Shown: piece by piece, positions 29,195-39,145 of the stretch
Layout: each line of letters opens with the position of its first letter
How positions within the stretch are numbered: position 1 is the stretch's first letter
From: Flavobacterium sp.
GTDB taxonomy: Bacteria; Bacteroidota; Bacteroidia; Flavobacteriales; Flavobacteriaceae
Length of the DNA: 64,000 nucleotides
Assembly (NCBI RefSeq): GCF_044348915.1
Contig: NZ_JBIKRX010000001.1
Location: forward strand, 6,075-70,074
Direction: 5' to 3'
Notes under the pieces: model-generated
Databases searched by the model: none
What the model was told of the DNA's origin: nothing
Seen by the model: the letters and a program-made list of their open reading frames with translations, nothing else
Made by a program: the position numbers and the translations under genes

Positions 29195-29513
29195 AGAATT
29201 AAAACTATTTGATTTGTAATATTGATTTCGTATTAAAGTTAATTGCGAGGGACTTTAATTCTAAAATATTGGTAAATGTTAAATAAAGTTAACTTTTTAA
29301 AAAAAAATTCCAAAGTTAATAAAGAATACAATACGTGAATATTATGATATCAAATATGTAGTTAAAATAATTCATCTGGTTTAAATCCTTGTAATAATAC
29401 GACTTTGTAATCGTTTTGGTTAGTTTTCCTTACACCATTCATCAAAAATAAGAGTGACTTTTAATAAAAAAAAAGCCCTTAAACAATTGATGTTTAAGGG
29501 TTTTGTTGTTGTT

Positions 29514-29558
29514 GTAGCGAGACCGAGATTTGAACTCGGGACCTCAGGGTTATGAATC
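29514..29558 (-). repeat. att core (45 bp) identical to the tRNA-Met 3' half
   Basis: Perfect match to 42275..42319. Confidence 0.95.
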
Positions 29559-29637
29559 GATAATTGATTCTTTTTTCGTCTGTAAACCCAATAAATACGT
29601 TGGTTTTTTCTACAAAATCAGATGTTTTTCAGAGTCG

Positions 29638-29660
29638 TCCTCACGCAGTTTCCTCACGCA
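29638..29660. repeat. Arm-type repeat TCCTCACGCAGTTTCCTCACGCA, left end
   Basis: Identical to 42171..42193; about 80 bp inside the att core. Confidence 0.85.
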
Positions 29661-30028
29661 ACAAAAGGTATAACTAATTGATATATAATGATTTAACTAT
29701 TATATTTAAAATTAATCATTATGGATTTGTGTTTTTTATTTGTTTAGTTAACACCTTATTCAATTTTAACAAAAAATTAAATTAAAGTAAACTCTTAGTT
29801 TTGGCATTTTTCTTTTTCATAGTTTAGAATCAATTGACTATTATTATTGTTTTGTGTTTCTGAATCCATAATAATTTTTATTTAGTAAGCCATTACATTA
29901 TGCTAATTGTCAATTTCAATATGTGTCGAGAAATATCATGATATAAAAAAACTTATATTTATGCCTCAAAATAATTGAATACGACGATTTTTTAAATTGT
30001 TATAAAAATAATAGATAGTTATTTTATT

Positions 30029-32305
30029 TTGAACCTAAAAACGAATGCCATGAAAATTAAATTACTTTTATTAGCCATCGGATTTACATTAACGGCTCAT
30101 ATAAATTTTGCTCAAATACCTTCAAATATTCCTTCAAAAGGTTTGGTTGGCTATTGGCCATTTAATGGCAATGCTAATGACGAGAGTGGGAATGGAAATA
30201 ATGGTTCAGTTCACGGAGCAACGTTAACAACCGATAGGTTTGGCAATGATAATAAAGCATATAATTTTAGTGGGAGTGATTGGATAGAATTAAATTCATT
30301 GTCTGCAATAAATGCTTCCAATAAATTAGCTGTAAGTATATGGGTAAAATCAACAGGCCTGAATTCAAATACGAATTGTAATTTGGGATGTTTACAATAT
30401 TATTTTTCTAGAGGTTTTGATAGCGGATATGGATTTGGGTTGTCAACTTTTCAAGGAAATAACCCTCATTTTTCTGCTAATATAAACGGTATACTCAAAT
30501 GGGGTCAACAAGTCCAAAGTCCAAACATAACCGATTTACCTCATACTCAATGGCATCATTTATTGATGAATTATGATGGGACATCAATAAATTTCTATGT
30601 TGATGGACTACAAACTGCAACAACCCCATACAATATGGGAGTTGGGATTGATAAGAAATATAATGCAGTATTTGGGAGGCAATTTGTCGAAGGTTCTAGT
30701 TATTATACAGTTGGAATGATTGACGACGCTGCAATATGGAATAGAGCTCTGACTGAAGAAGAAATTAGCAACTTATTTTCAGATAATTCCAATAAAATTT
30801 CTAATATTATTAATTCCTCAACAACCAAAATTTTAAATCCTGGAGAACTTGGGAATAATATTGAGTCAACTTCGAAAGATTTAGGTGATAAAAACCCTCA
30901 ACAAAATGTTATATCAACGAATCTTTTGATTAACAAAAAAAATGAAAATTCCATAGATTTTAAATCATTGAATTTAAAAGAAATAATATCCGATAATGGG
31001 TGTATTGTACTCACTAATTATCCTGACGTCATCTCAGTTTCTTGGTCTGGTAATTGTAAGGACAGTTTGGCAAATGGTAAGGGTATTCTGAAATATTATA
31101 ACAGTAATGGGGCAGTAACGATTTATGAAGGGGAAACATTTAATGGGTATCGCAATGGAAAAGGAACATATAATTGGACAACTGGTGAAAAATATGATGG
31201 AGAATGGAAAGATGATAAACCTAATGGATTAGGAATATACACTTATCCAAATGGTTCAAAATATGAGGGACAACTTAGTGATGGTAAAAAGAACGGTAAT
31301 GGAATTTTAACAGATATTAATGGCGATAAATATGAAGGAGAATGGAAGGGAGACCTACACAATGGTCAAGGAACTTACACTTGGTCAAGGGGTTCAAGAT
31401 ACGTAGGACAGTTTAGAGATGATAAACCAAATGGACAAGGAACATTTACTTGGCCAAGTGGTTCAATATATGTTGGACAACATAAAGATGGCAAAAGACA
31501 TGGTAATGGAATCTTAATTGATGTTGATGGTTCAAAATATGATGGTGAATGGCAAAATGATAAAAAACATGGACAAGGAACATACTCTATAAAAGACGGA
31601 ACGAAATATGTTGGACAATTTATAGATGGTTACATGAGTGGACAAGGGGTACAAACTGATTCAAAGGGAGAAAAATATGAGGGAGAATGGAAATATAATT
31701 CAAAAGAAGGATATGGAATAAACACATGGCCTGACGGCTCTAAATATGAAGGAGAATGGGTAAATGGTAAAGCAAATGGACAGGGTGCGTATATTTATCC
31801 AAGTGGTTCAGTACATTTCGGAGAATGGAAGGATAATTCTCTAATAAAAGAAGCGCCAAGACATAAAATCGTTGAAACTAATTCTAAAAAAGAATCATCA
31901 GAATCCAAAAACTTGGAAGCATTCGCTGCTTTTATGAGAAGTGGAAATTCTAGCAATAAAAACATCTCTGCTAAGTCTAACAATTCTACAAAAAGCAACC
32001 AAATTCAAAATCAAAAATGTTTTGATTGTCGAGGTACTGGTCAATGTTCTGATTGTTCTAAACCTCAGGTTGTAAGATATAAAAAAGGAGAAATACCAAG
32101 AAATCACAACGAAATTAGACTTGGGATGGTTATTTGTCCTCAATGTGGTGGTAATTTGATGAATTGGGGTACTAATGAAAAAGAAAGTTGTTATTTATGT
32201 AAAAAATGGTCTGGTTGGGTTTTATGTCGTAAGTGTAACTCTAATGGTGATGGACGCTCCCTTGGAAAATGTCAAAAGTGTGAGGGAACTGGTTACAGAA
32301 ATTAA
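30029..32305 (+). CDS. Secreted LamG - MORN repeat - Cys-rich zinc-finger protein (probable start at 30050)
   Basis: GLVGYWPFNGNANDESGNG LamG-type start; about 10 full YxGxW...GxG MORN repeats; six CxxC motifs ending CQKCEGTG. Confidence 0.85.
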   Translation: MNLKTNAMKIKLLLLAIGFTLTAHINFAQIPSNIPSKGLVGYWPFNGNANDESGNGNNGSVHGATLTTDRFGNDNKAYNFSGSDWIELNSLSAINASNKLAVSIWVKSTGLNSNTNCNLGCLQYYFSRGFDSGYGFGLSTFQGNNPHFSANINGILKWGQQVQSPNITDLPHTQWHHLLMNYDGTSINFYVDGLQTATTPYNMGVGIDKKYNAVFGRQFVEGSSYYTVGMIDDAAIWNRALTEEEISNLFSDNSNKISNIINSSTTKILNPGELGNNIESTSKDLGDKNPQQNVISTNLLINKKNENSIDFKSLNLKEIISDNGCIVLTNYPDVISVSWSGNCKDSLANGKGILKYYNSNGAVTIYEGETFNGYRNGKGTYNWTTGEKYDGEWKDDKPNGLGIYTYPNGSKYEGQLSDGKKNGNGILTDINGDKYEGEWKGDLHNGQGTYTWSRGSRYVGQFRDDKPNGQGTFTWPSGSIYVGQHKDGKRHGNGILIDVDGSKYDGEWQNDKKHGQGTYSIKDGTKYVGQFIDGYMSGQGVQTDSKGEKYEGEWKYNSKEGYGINTWPDGSKYEGEWVNGKANGQGAYIYPSGSVHFGEWKDNSLIKEAPRHKIVETNSKKESSESKNLEAFAAFMRSGNSSNKNISAKSNNSTKSNQIQNQKCFDCRGTGQCSDCSKPQVVRYKKGEIPRNHNEIRLGMVICPQCGGNLMNWGTNEKESCYLCKKWSGWVLCRKCNSNGDGRSLGKCQKCEGTGYRN

Positions 32306-32322
32306 AACTTTTAATTTAATTA

Positions 32323-32592
32323 CTAAATTGGAGTAAACTCCTCATTCAAACCTTTGTATTTTTCATAGTCTTGCACCAATCTTCCAACAATTTTAACCAA
32401 AGTTGAAACATCACCAACAAGTCCAATAGAATTAGGTTTGGTATCGTAGTCGTTACAAAGTTTATTAAAGAAGTTATTCACGTATTGTTTCACATCTTCA
32501 TTTATGTCCATTGTGTTCTCACCTATCTCAGGTTCGAAATGGAACATCAAATCGTCTTTCTTTACGTTGGATTGATTTGTTTCTTGAATCAT
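32323..32592 (-). CDS. Hypothetical protein (89 aa)
   Basis: ORF track; ATGA overlap with the upstream small ORF. Confidence 0.6.
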   Translation of the reverse strand: MIQETNQSNVKKDDLMFHFEPEIGENTMDINEDVKQYVNNFFNKLCNDYDTKPNSIGLVGDVSTLVKIVGRLVQDYEKYKGLNEEFTPI

Positions 32593-32693
32593 GGTCGCAG
32601 CGGTTTAACTAATTCAGTTATTAATTTTTCGACCTGACTTTCAGATAAGATTATAACCGTTCGTGTTTTTTGAGGTTTTTTGTCTGTTTTCAT
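32589..32693 (-). CDS. Small hypothetical protein (34 aa)
   Basis: MKTDKKPQKTRTVIILSESQVEKLITELVKPLRP*; stop overlaps the next start (ATGA); below the ORF-track cutoff. Confidence 0.55.
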   Translation of the reverse strand: MKTDKKPQKTRTVIILSESQVEKLITELVKPLRP

Positions 32694-32825
32694 ATTGTTG
32701 TTTTACAATAAATATCCTAAGACTATCTAATATTAATGCTAAACAAAATGTTTTTGAGTACACACAAATAATTTATATTTTTGGAAGAATTATGTTATCT
32801 ATAATTTCAATATAATGCTGAAGTA

Positions 32826-34256
32826 ATGAGTGAAAATATTCAATCAAGAATGACTGAATTTATAGAAAAATCAATAAATACCCACGGGGACAAATACGAT
32901 TATTCTAAAGTTGAATATGTCAATTCTAAAACTAAGGTTTGTATTGTTTGTAATAAAACTGATGATGTTACAGGGGAAAAGCACAATGAATTTTGGCAAG
33001 TCCCATACAGTCATCTAAGTGGAGCAAATTGTCCTAAATGCTCAAAACATTTCATGAATCAGGAAATTTTTATAAAAAGAGCTAATGTTATTCATAACAA
33101 AAAGTATGATTATTCAATAGTTGAATATAAAGCAGCAAAAGTAAAGGTAGATATTCTGTGTCCTGAGCATGGTGTATTTTCTCAAGCACCTGATGGTCAT
33201 TTAAATGGAGTAGGCTGTCCCAAATGTAGTGGTGTACATAGATATAATACCAATGAATGGATAGTAAAGACAAAAGAAATTCATGGTGATAGATATGATT
33301 ACTCTAAGGTGATTTACGTTAAAAATAGTTCTAAAGTTTGTATTATTTGTAAAGAACATGGTGAGTTTTGGCAGACACCAGCTAACCATATAAAAGGTAA
33401 AAATTGTCCTAAATGTTCAGGACATTTTATGGATAAGAGTTTTTTTATTGACAAATCAAAAGAAGTCTATAAAGATGATTTTGGGAATCCAATATATGAT
33501 TATTCATTAGTTGACTATAAAGATTCATCTACTAATGTTACTATAATTTGTCACAAGATTGATGGTGTAACAGGGAAAGAACACGGCCCATTTTCTAAAA
33601 CTCCAAATAAACATCTAAGCGGACAAGGTTGTCCTTTGTGCGGCAACGAATCAGGAGGGTTAAAAAATCGTCTTAGCAATGAGGAATTTCTAAATAAAGC
33701 ATTTCATAACGAATATGAATATTTAACAGAATATGTAACTGCTAAAACCAAAATTCATATTAAATGTAAAAAATGTGAACATAAATTTTGGCAAGAAGCC
33801 TTTAGTCATTTAAGTGGTTGTGGATGCCCAATTTGTAATGAAAGTAAGCTAGAAAAAGAAGTGAGTAGATATTTGAATGAATTACACATACGGCATGAAA
33901 AACAAAAAAGGTTTGGATGGTTGGGTAAGCAGAGTTTAGATTTTTATCTCACTGATTATAATATGTCGATTGAATGTCAAGGTATACAGCATTTTGAATC
34001 AAGAGATTTCTTCGGTGGAGCAAATGAATTAGAAAAAATAATACAACGAGATAATAGAAAGCTTGTTAAATGTTTAACAAATAATATTGAGATGATTTAT
34101 GTAGTAGACAATGACAAATACCATGATAAAAAGTACCATTTTGATATTGTAGAACCCTTCACAGACAATCTAAATTATAAAATTATACATGTAAAACATT
34201 TTGAGGATTACATAAAACATATGGTTGAAAAATCTAATTTTATAGGGTCGAAATGA
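32826..34256 (+). CDS. Zinc-ribbon repeat (DUF723-like) protein with C-terminal PD-(D/E)XK-like nuclease domain
   Basis: Five HGxxYDYSxVxY...C...H...HLxGxxCPxC repeats, then ESKLEKEV...LDFYL...IECQGIQH. Confidence 0.8.
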   Translation: MSENIQSRMTEFIEKSINTHGDKYDYSKVEYVNSKTKVCIVCNKTDDVTGEKHNEFWQVPYSHLSGANCPKCSKHFMNQEIFIKRANVIHNKKYDYSIVEYKAAKVKVDILCPEHGVFSQAPDGHLNGVGCPKCSGVHRYNTNEWIVKTKEIHGDRYDYSKVIYVKNSSKVCIICKEHGEFWQTPANHIKGKNCPKCSGHFMDKSFFIDKSKEVYKDDFGNPIYDYSLVDYKDSSTNVTIICHKIDGVTGKEHGPFSKTPNKHLSGQGCPLCGNESGGLKNRLSNEEFLNKAFHNEYEYLTEYVTAKTKIHIKCKKCEHKFWQEAFSHLSGCGCPICNESKLEKEVSRYLNELHIRHEKQKRFGWLGKQSLDFYLTDYNMSIECQGIQHFESRDFFGGANELEKIIQRDNRKLVKCLTNNIEMIYVVDNDKYHDKKYHFDIVEPFTDNLNYKIIHVKHFEDYIKHMVEKSNFIGSK

Positions 34257-34608
34257 TAAAAATTTGTGTTATCTTATATTTTTTGAAGGAAGTCATTAGT
34301 TGATTAAGTTGTCAATTGACAACTTTCTCATTTATAGTCAAAAAATCAAAAATTTTTCAAACAGAGTATTACAAAAAAAGTCAATCTGCAGAAAAAATTC
34401 TGGAAAATATTTCACCTTTAGAATCGTCCCCTCTTTTTAAACAAGGAATTTTGGCTATATAGGCCGGGGATACCTGAGGGAGGAGAGACTTCAGTGGAGA
34501 AGGGCGGAGGGGGTAATTTGCGGATTAAGTTTTCATCATAGGTCCATGCGCAATTGCGCTAAACCATCAGTTAATTTAACTTAAAAGTGCAGCAGAAATA
34601 TTACCCCA

Positions 34609-35199
34609 TTAAATTCTTAAACTATCATATACAGACATTACTTCACGTTCACGGATTCCCAAATAGTTTTTGGTAATTGAAATCGAACTGTGACCAAACA
34701 ACTCCATCAGAAGCATCACCGATTCGTTGGAGAAGTTATTTAACTTCAACACACGATTCCCCAATGTTTTCCTGAACAGGTGTGAACTTATATTCCCCTC
34801 ACACTCGACACCGTATTGTTTAAATATCATTTTCAAGTTGACGTTGACCCATGATTTGTCAATTGGTTTAGTTCCGTATCGGTTAACAAAGATGTATTGG
34901 TTATTATCTGTTACACCCATTTGGATTTTGATTCTTGAGATTATACTTCTCAAGTCGGGGTTGATTTTGATTTTTCGGGTCTTCTTTGTTTTCTGTTCTA
35001 CTATTATTAGGTATTCGTTTTCTTCAAATTGAGAAAATCGAAGCTGCAACAAATCTGAGATTCTTAGACCCGTGAAAACTCCTGTTGAAATCAAAAGACA
35101 GTACTTGTAATTTTTGTCTCTCTCCAATTTTGAAATTAATGATTTGAATATGTCCCAATCTAAAGATGTGGTTGTTGTTTTTTGTCCTTTTAATGACAT
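34609..35199 (-). CDS. Small tyrosine recombinase, catalytic domain only (probable start MSLKGQK)
   Basis: TGLRISDLL, EQKTKK, SSHLFRKT, FGHSS...NYLG. Confidence 0.92.
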   Translation of the reverse strand: MSLKGQKTTTTSLDWDIFKSLISKLERDKNYKYCLLISTGVFTGLRISDLLQLRFSQFEENEYLIIVEQKTKKTRKIKINPDLRSIISRIKIQMGVTDNNQYIFVNRYGTKPIDKSWVNVNLKMIFKQYGVECEGNISSHLFRKTLGNRVLKLNNFSNESVMLLMELFGHSSISITKNYLGIREREVMSVYDSLRI

Positions 35200-35646
35200 G
35201 ATGATTAAATTTAAAGTTACTACGCTAAAAATACCGCAGCAACTTATACTTTGCCGCATTTTTATAGCTAAGAAAAAGCTAAATTTTCACCACACTATTC
35301 CAATATCGTTGCAACCCTTATTGGCACTATGATTGACTGATTTTGGTTGCTTATACTTCATACTTAAAGTGTAAGCAACTCATCTCATGGAATAATTAAA
35401 ACTCCTTCCACTTCACGTGGTGGTCAATATCCCAACAGTGAATTAGTATTCTAAATTTGTGAAATAATTTGAGGTTGCGGTATCGGTATCGACAATTTCA
35501 CATGAAACAGAGATTCAAATTATATATGTGTCTCTTACGATAAAGAAATACTAAAACCTACCTAAGAAATACGACTAAAAATAAATGCTGGTTTAGACTT
35601 TATAAATTTCATTTCAATGTTTATATTTTAAAAAAAAAGTAAACCT

Positions 35647-37152
35647 TTGAAACAAATTAGAATCCCATCAAACATTAATTATAAGCAATTATTCTCAAAA
35701 ATCGAGGGTAAAGACACTTACATTAAAGAACTGATTGATGCCACGTATGTGGTACTTTCATTTCTTTATCCTTCCAAAAAATATCTCAAGGCAACAATTG
35801 GTTTTGAAGGTTTTAAATCCATTAATAATGTCGAGATAAACAAAATTACACGAAACAGATTTGGAAAGGTTAAACGTCTTCTAATGGGTCAAGATTCCCA
35901 TTCTTCAGAAGTCATTCTAATTGAAAATACGAAATACCAACCCGGTATAAAATCTATGTCCTACAAGTTAAATGATGAACTATTTTTAAACCCCGGCGAA
36001 AGATGGGTTGTATTAGGTTCAAATGCTGAGAAAAGGTTATTAAGATATGAAAAGGAAGGAATTGAAAAATATGAGGACTTCAAATCGACCTACCAATTTC
36101 TCTTTGATAAATACGAATCTGATATTACGATTGATTCTAAAGTGTTGAATTACGTTACTACTCTTAAATCATTACTACTTGACAGAGTGGATAAATTTGA
36201 TGGTGATAAATTTGAAATGACTAATAGGGTTAATGATACTATTAAAGATATGAACTCTAAGATTCGTTCAATTCAAAAGAAGAGTTTTAGAACTTCGGTA
36301 TCTAAAAGTAATCATAGGTTGAATTCTGTTGTCACAACGCTTTATAGAGAACTTAGGTACTATCTTAGAATAAATGGTAATAGATTAGTTGAAGTGGATT
36401 TGAAAAGTTCTCAACCGTACGTGCTGGGTTCTATTCTTACTGATAGTTTCTTTACCGGTGGTATTAGTAATGATTTTAGTCTTACTAGTATCTATCCTCA
36501 ATTATACAATCAACTTAATTACATAGTTTCTAAATCTACTACTGATATTACTTCTCTGATTGGTAATTCCCTATATAATAATAAAGAAGGTTACCCGAAG
36601 TACTTTATGTCTGGCACTTTAGATAATTGTAATGAAATACAATCCTATCGTAATCTACCTTTCAATGAAGGATTCTATTCACATCTTAATAATACTTGTT
36701 TGAACGGTGATTATGAACTTCGAAAGGTAAAAAACGACGTAATGTTAATACTCAACTTAAAGAATCTAATGAAAAGAGATAAAATTGTCTTGATTCAACA
36801 ATTCAAAAAACACTTTCCCAACATCAATTTGTTCATTGAGAGTTTAAATAATTTAAAAAGTTTTAAAGCTGCGGTTGCAATTCTACTTCAAAGGTCAGAA
36901 TCCTATTTATTTTTAAGAGTGGGTTGTAAAGCTGTAAATGAACGATTACCTGATGTTCCTTTTATGACTATCCATGATTCGATTCTGATTGAAGAACAAT
37001 ATTCTGAAGTAGTTACTCCAATTTTAAAGCAAAGTTTAAATTTAGTTACAGGGATAGAACCTGGAGTTATTGTTAAAGTAATTCAAGACCCAATGGATAC
37101 AATAGAGATAGATATAGAGGAGATTTGGGGCTATTTAAAAATAAAAAATTAA
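35647..37152 (+). CDS. Putative minimal family-A/T7-like polymerase-fold protein
   Basis: NHRLNSVVTTL, VEVDLKSSQP (motif A-like), RKVKNDVM (B-like), LLQRSES, TIHDSIL (C-like); no exonuclease motifs seen. Confidence 0.65.
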   Translation: MKQIRIPSNINYKQLFSKIEGKDTYIKELIDATYVVLSFLYPSKKYLKATIGFEGFKSINNVEINKITRNRFGKVKRLLMGQDSHSSEVILIENTKYQPGIKSMSYKLNDELFLNPGERWVVLGSNAEKRLLRYEKEGIEKYEDFKSTYQFLFDKYESDITIDSKVLNYVTTLKSLLLDRVDKFDGDKFEMTNRVNDTIKDMNSKIRSIQKKSFRTSVSKSNHRLNSVVTTLYRELRYYLRINGNRLVEVDLKSSQPYVLGSILTDSFFTGGISNDFSLTSIYPQLYNQLNYIVSKSTTDITSLIGNSLYNNKEGYPKYFMSGTLDNCNEIQSYRNLPFNEGFYSHLNNTCLNGDYELRKVKNDVMLILNLKNLMKRDKIVLIQQFKKHFPNINLFIESLNNLKSFKAAVAILLQRSESYLFLRVGCKAVNERLPDVPFMTIHDSILIEEQYSEVVTPILKQSLNLVTGIEPGVIVKVIQDPMDTIEIDIEEIWGYLKIKN

Positions 37153-37196
37153 AAAATATCAAAATATTTGTAACAATGATATTTTAATTTATATCT

Positions 37197-37772
37197 TTGT
37201 ACCCACAAAAGAATTCAATTATGAAAAATAATATTGCAAAGGGCGTTTTTACCGATTTAGTAGAAGGGTTTGGAAAGAAAAGTTCGTTCGAGATGTTTAT
37301 GGATATAGATGAAATCTTGAAGTTTAACATAGATGAAATTAAATTAACAAAATCAAAGGGAAGTTCTGTTGCAGCAAATCATATAAATTCCTCAATCAAA
37401 GAGACGGTTCAAGAAAAATTAATCAATAATAAACAAGAGTACTCAAGAATTATCAGGAGTTTAGAATTCAGACAGATAATAGATAAATTGGTAGACATAG
37501 AAACTGAAATGATTCAAGCGAGATGTTTTCTAAACATGGATGTTAAACTGGGTATTACTAAAAGGGTAATTAAAAGCGGTGAGAAAGTTGAGTACGTTAT
37601 TGCAAGAGCACCATTTTACAGACCTGGTTATGTGCGTTCTGAATTGACTGTTTATATGGGAGGAACTCAAGACTTAGGTGATGATTTAGAGAAATTAAAA
37701 AGTAATACTAAATTTATGTCTAACGCTTATGAAGAATTGAGAGACGTAATGATTAAAGAAATGAGGTTGTAA
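37197..37772 (+). CDS. Hypothetical protein (probable start at 37221)
   Basis: ORF track; co-oriented downstream of the polymerase-like gene. Confidence 0.75.
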   Translation: MYPQKNSIMKNNIAKGVFTDLVEGFGKKSSFEMFMDIDEILKFNIDEIKLTKSKGSSVAANHINSSIKETVQEKLINNKQEYSRIIRSLEFRQIIDKLVDIETEMIQARCFLNMDVKLGITKRVIKSGEKVEYVIARAPFYRPGYVRSELTVYMGGTQDLGDDLEKLKSNTKFMSNAYEELRDVMIKEMRL

Positions 37773-37876
37773 TATTATCTGATAATTTTAGGGGTTGCAG
37801 AATCCCCTTTTTTTGAATCAAAAAATATATCAAAAAATCTGTAACAATGAAACAACAATTTTAAAACTAAAGAGAC

Positions 37877-38086
37877 ATGAGAAAAATTGCCAAAAAAAGG
37901 AGGGTAAAAAGAATGAATACCTCAAGGAATTACAGGAATGAAAAAAAGATGGAAAAGGTCTTTAACAAGCAGTTGATTGAATATCTAATTGAATCAGAGA
38001 AAACAGGGACAAAATTTGGTTCTAAAGAACAATTAGAACGACTTACAAAATTAAAATTAAAGCAACGTAATCAATTAAATTTTTAA
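37877..38086 (+). CDS. Small basic hypothetical protein
   Basis: 69 aa, K/R-rich N-terminus; 2 bp from the next ORF. Confidence 0.6.
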   Translation: MRKIAKKRRVKRMNTSRNYRNEKKMEKVFNKQLIEYLIESEKTGTKFGSKEQLERLTKLKLKQRNQLNF

Positions 38087-38088
38087 AT

Positions 38089-38439
38089 ATGGCATTAGCA
38101 GTGTACCCGGACAAAAGCGTCCAAGAATTAAGAGAGCAGTTTTCAAATTCAATGTTTTTTGAAACAAAATTTGACAATGCAGTAATGGGAATTGAAACAG
38201 ATTCCAATAGAGTAATCTATCATGAATATGAAATGATTCATATTCTAATGAAGGAAGTAAACTACGAAATCTATGAGGACGATACATTTACTTATGAATG
38301 GGAAGACCTTTATGATTTTTGCAGCAATAGGTTGGAATCTTATGAAGTTGAGATGAGTTCATATTCTAATGAATTCTCTAAAGCATCAGTTTGCAGAGAT
38401 GAAAGGATGCTTGCTAACCACCGCTTTGAAAGAATGTAG
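38089..38439 (+). CDS. Acidic hypothetical protein
   Basis: 116 aa, E/D-rich; ORF track. Confidence 0.6.
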   Translation: MALAVYPDKSVQELREQFSNSMFFETKFDNAVMGIETDSNRVIYHEYEMIHILMKEVNYEIYEDDTFTYEWEDLYDFCSNRLESYEVEMSSYSNEFSKASVCRDERMLANHRFERM

Positions 38440-38610
38440 CTGGGTTTAATTTACTCCCCTTACCTCGATAAAATTTATTTTCTTGATTTTCTAAATTTTA
38501 GGTTTGGGGGGTATTTTAAGATTTTATTACCTGAAAGAGTGTCCAGGACCATGTCACTCAATTAAAATCCTAAAACCTCGAGAGTGATATAGGGAACTCT
38601 TAATATAAGT

Positions 38611-38877
38611 ATGGAAATGATAACTATTACATTTGAAATTGCTACTGCAGCAATAGTACAACAATCGTTCAAAATTCCTAAAAATTATTTAATTGAGGAT
38701 GCTTCAATTGAAGAATTGTATGAAAAAATCCAATCAAAATTTAGCAGCGATTATGGTGGTGATGTCTTGAACGGAGATATTGATATTACTGAATTTTCTG
38801 TTGATAATTTAGAGTATAATGGTTTTTGTAGTTGCAGTACACATAAAAATGGGGAACTAATTAATGTTGTTTTTTAA
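38611..38877 (+). CDS. Acidic hypothetical protein
   Basis: 88 aa; ORF track. Confidence 0.55.
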   Translation: MEMITITFEIATAAIVQQSFKIPKNYLIEDASIEELYEKIQSKFSSDYGGDVLNGDIDITEFSVDNLEYNGFCSCSTHKNGELINVVF

Positions 38878-39145
38878 TTTGTTGTTGACCTTGAGGGTGG
38901 TATAGGAAAACCCTCTTTTTTATGATTTATAAAAAGAGTTAATTCAAAAATTCAAATTTTGGTTGTAACTGCTTGACCGGTAATTCAAACTAGCATACAT
39001 TAGCTCTAATAACTAAATTTTAACCATTGAAACTATACAAAATAAGATGAATTCAATGAATTAAATCGATGGTCTAGATATGACCTTATAAGAATAATTC
39101 TCGCTCCCTGTGATAAAAAAAAGAGAAAAGGGGAGTTGATACAAA

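Larger units (their letters stand above)
22418..29513. mobile_element. Older integrase-less genomic island at tRNA-Met
   Basis: Bounded by att-core copies at 22375 and 29514; three co-oriented accessory genes. Confidence 0.7.

Noticed and set aside
31100-31830. Regular 69-bp periodicity resembling an array
   Set aside because: Explained by 23-aa MORN repeats in an open reading frame.
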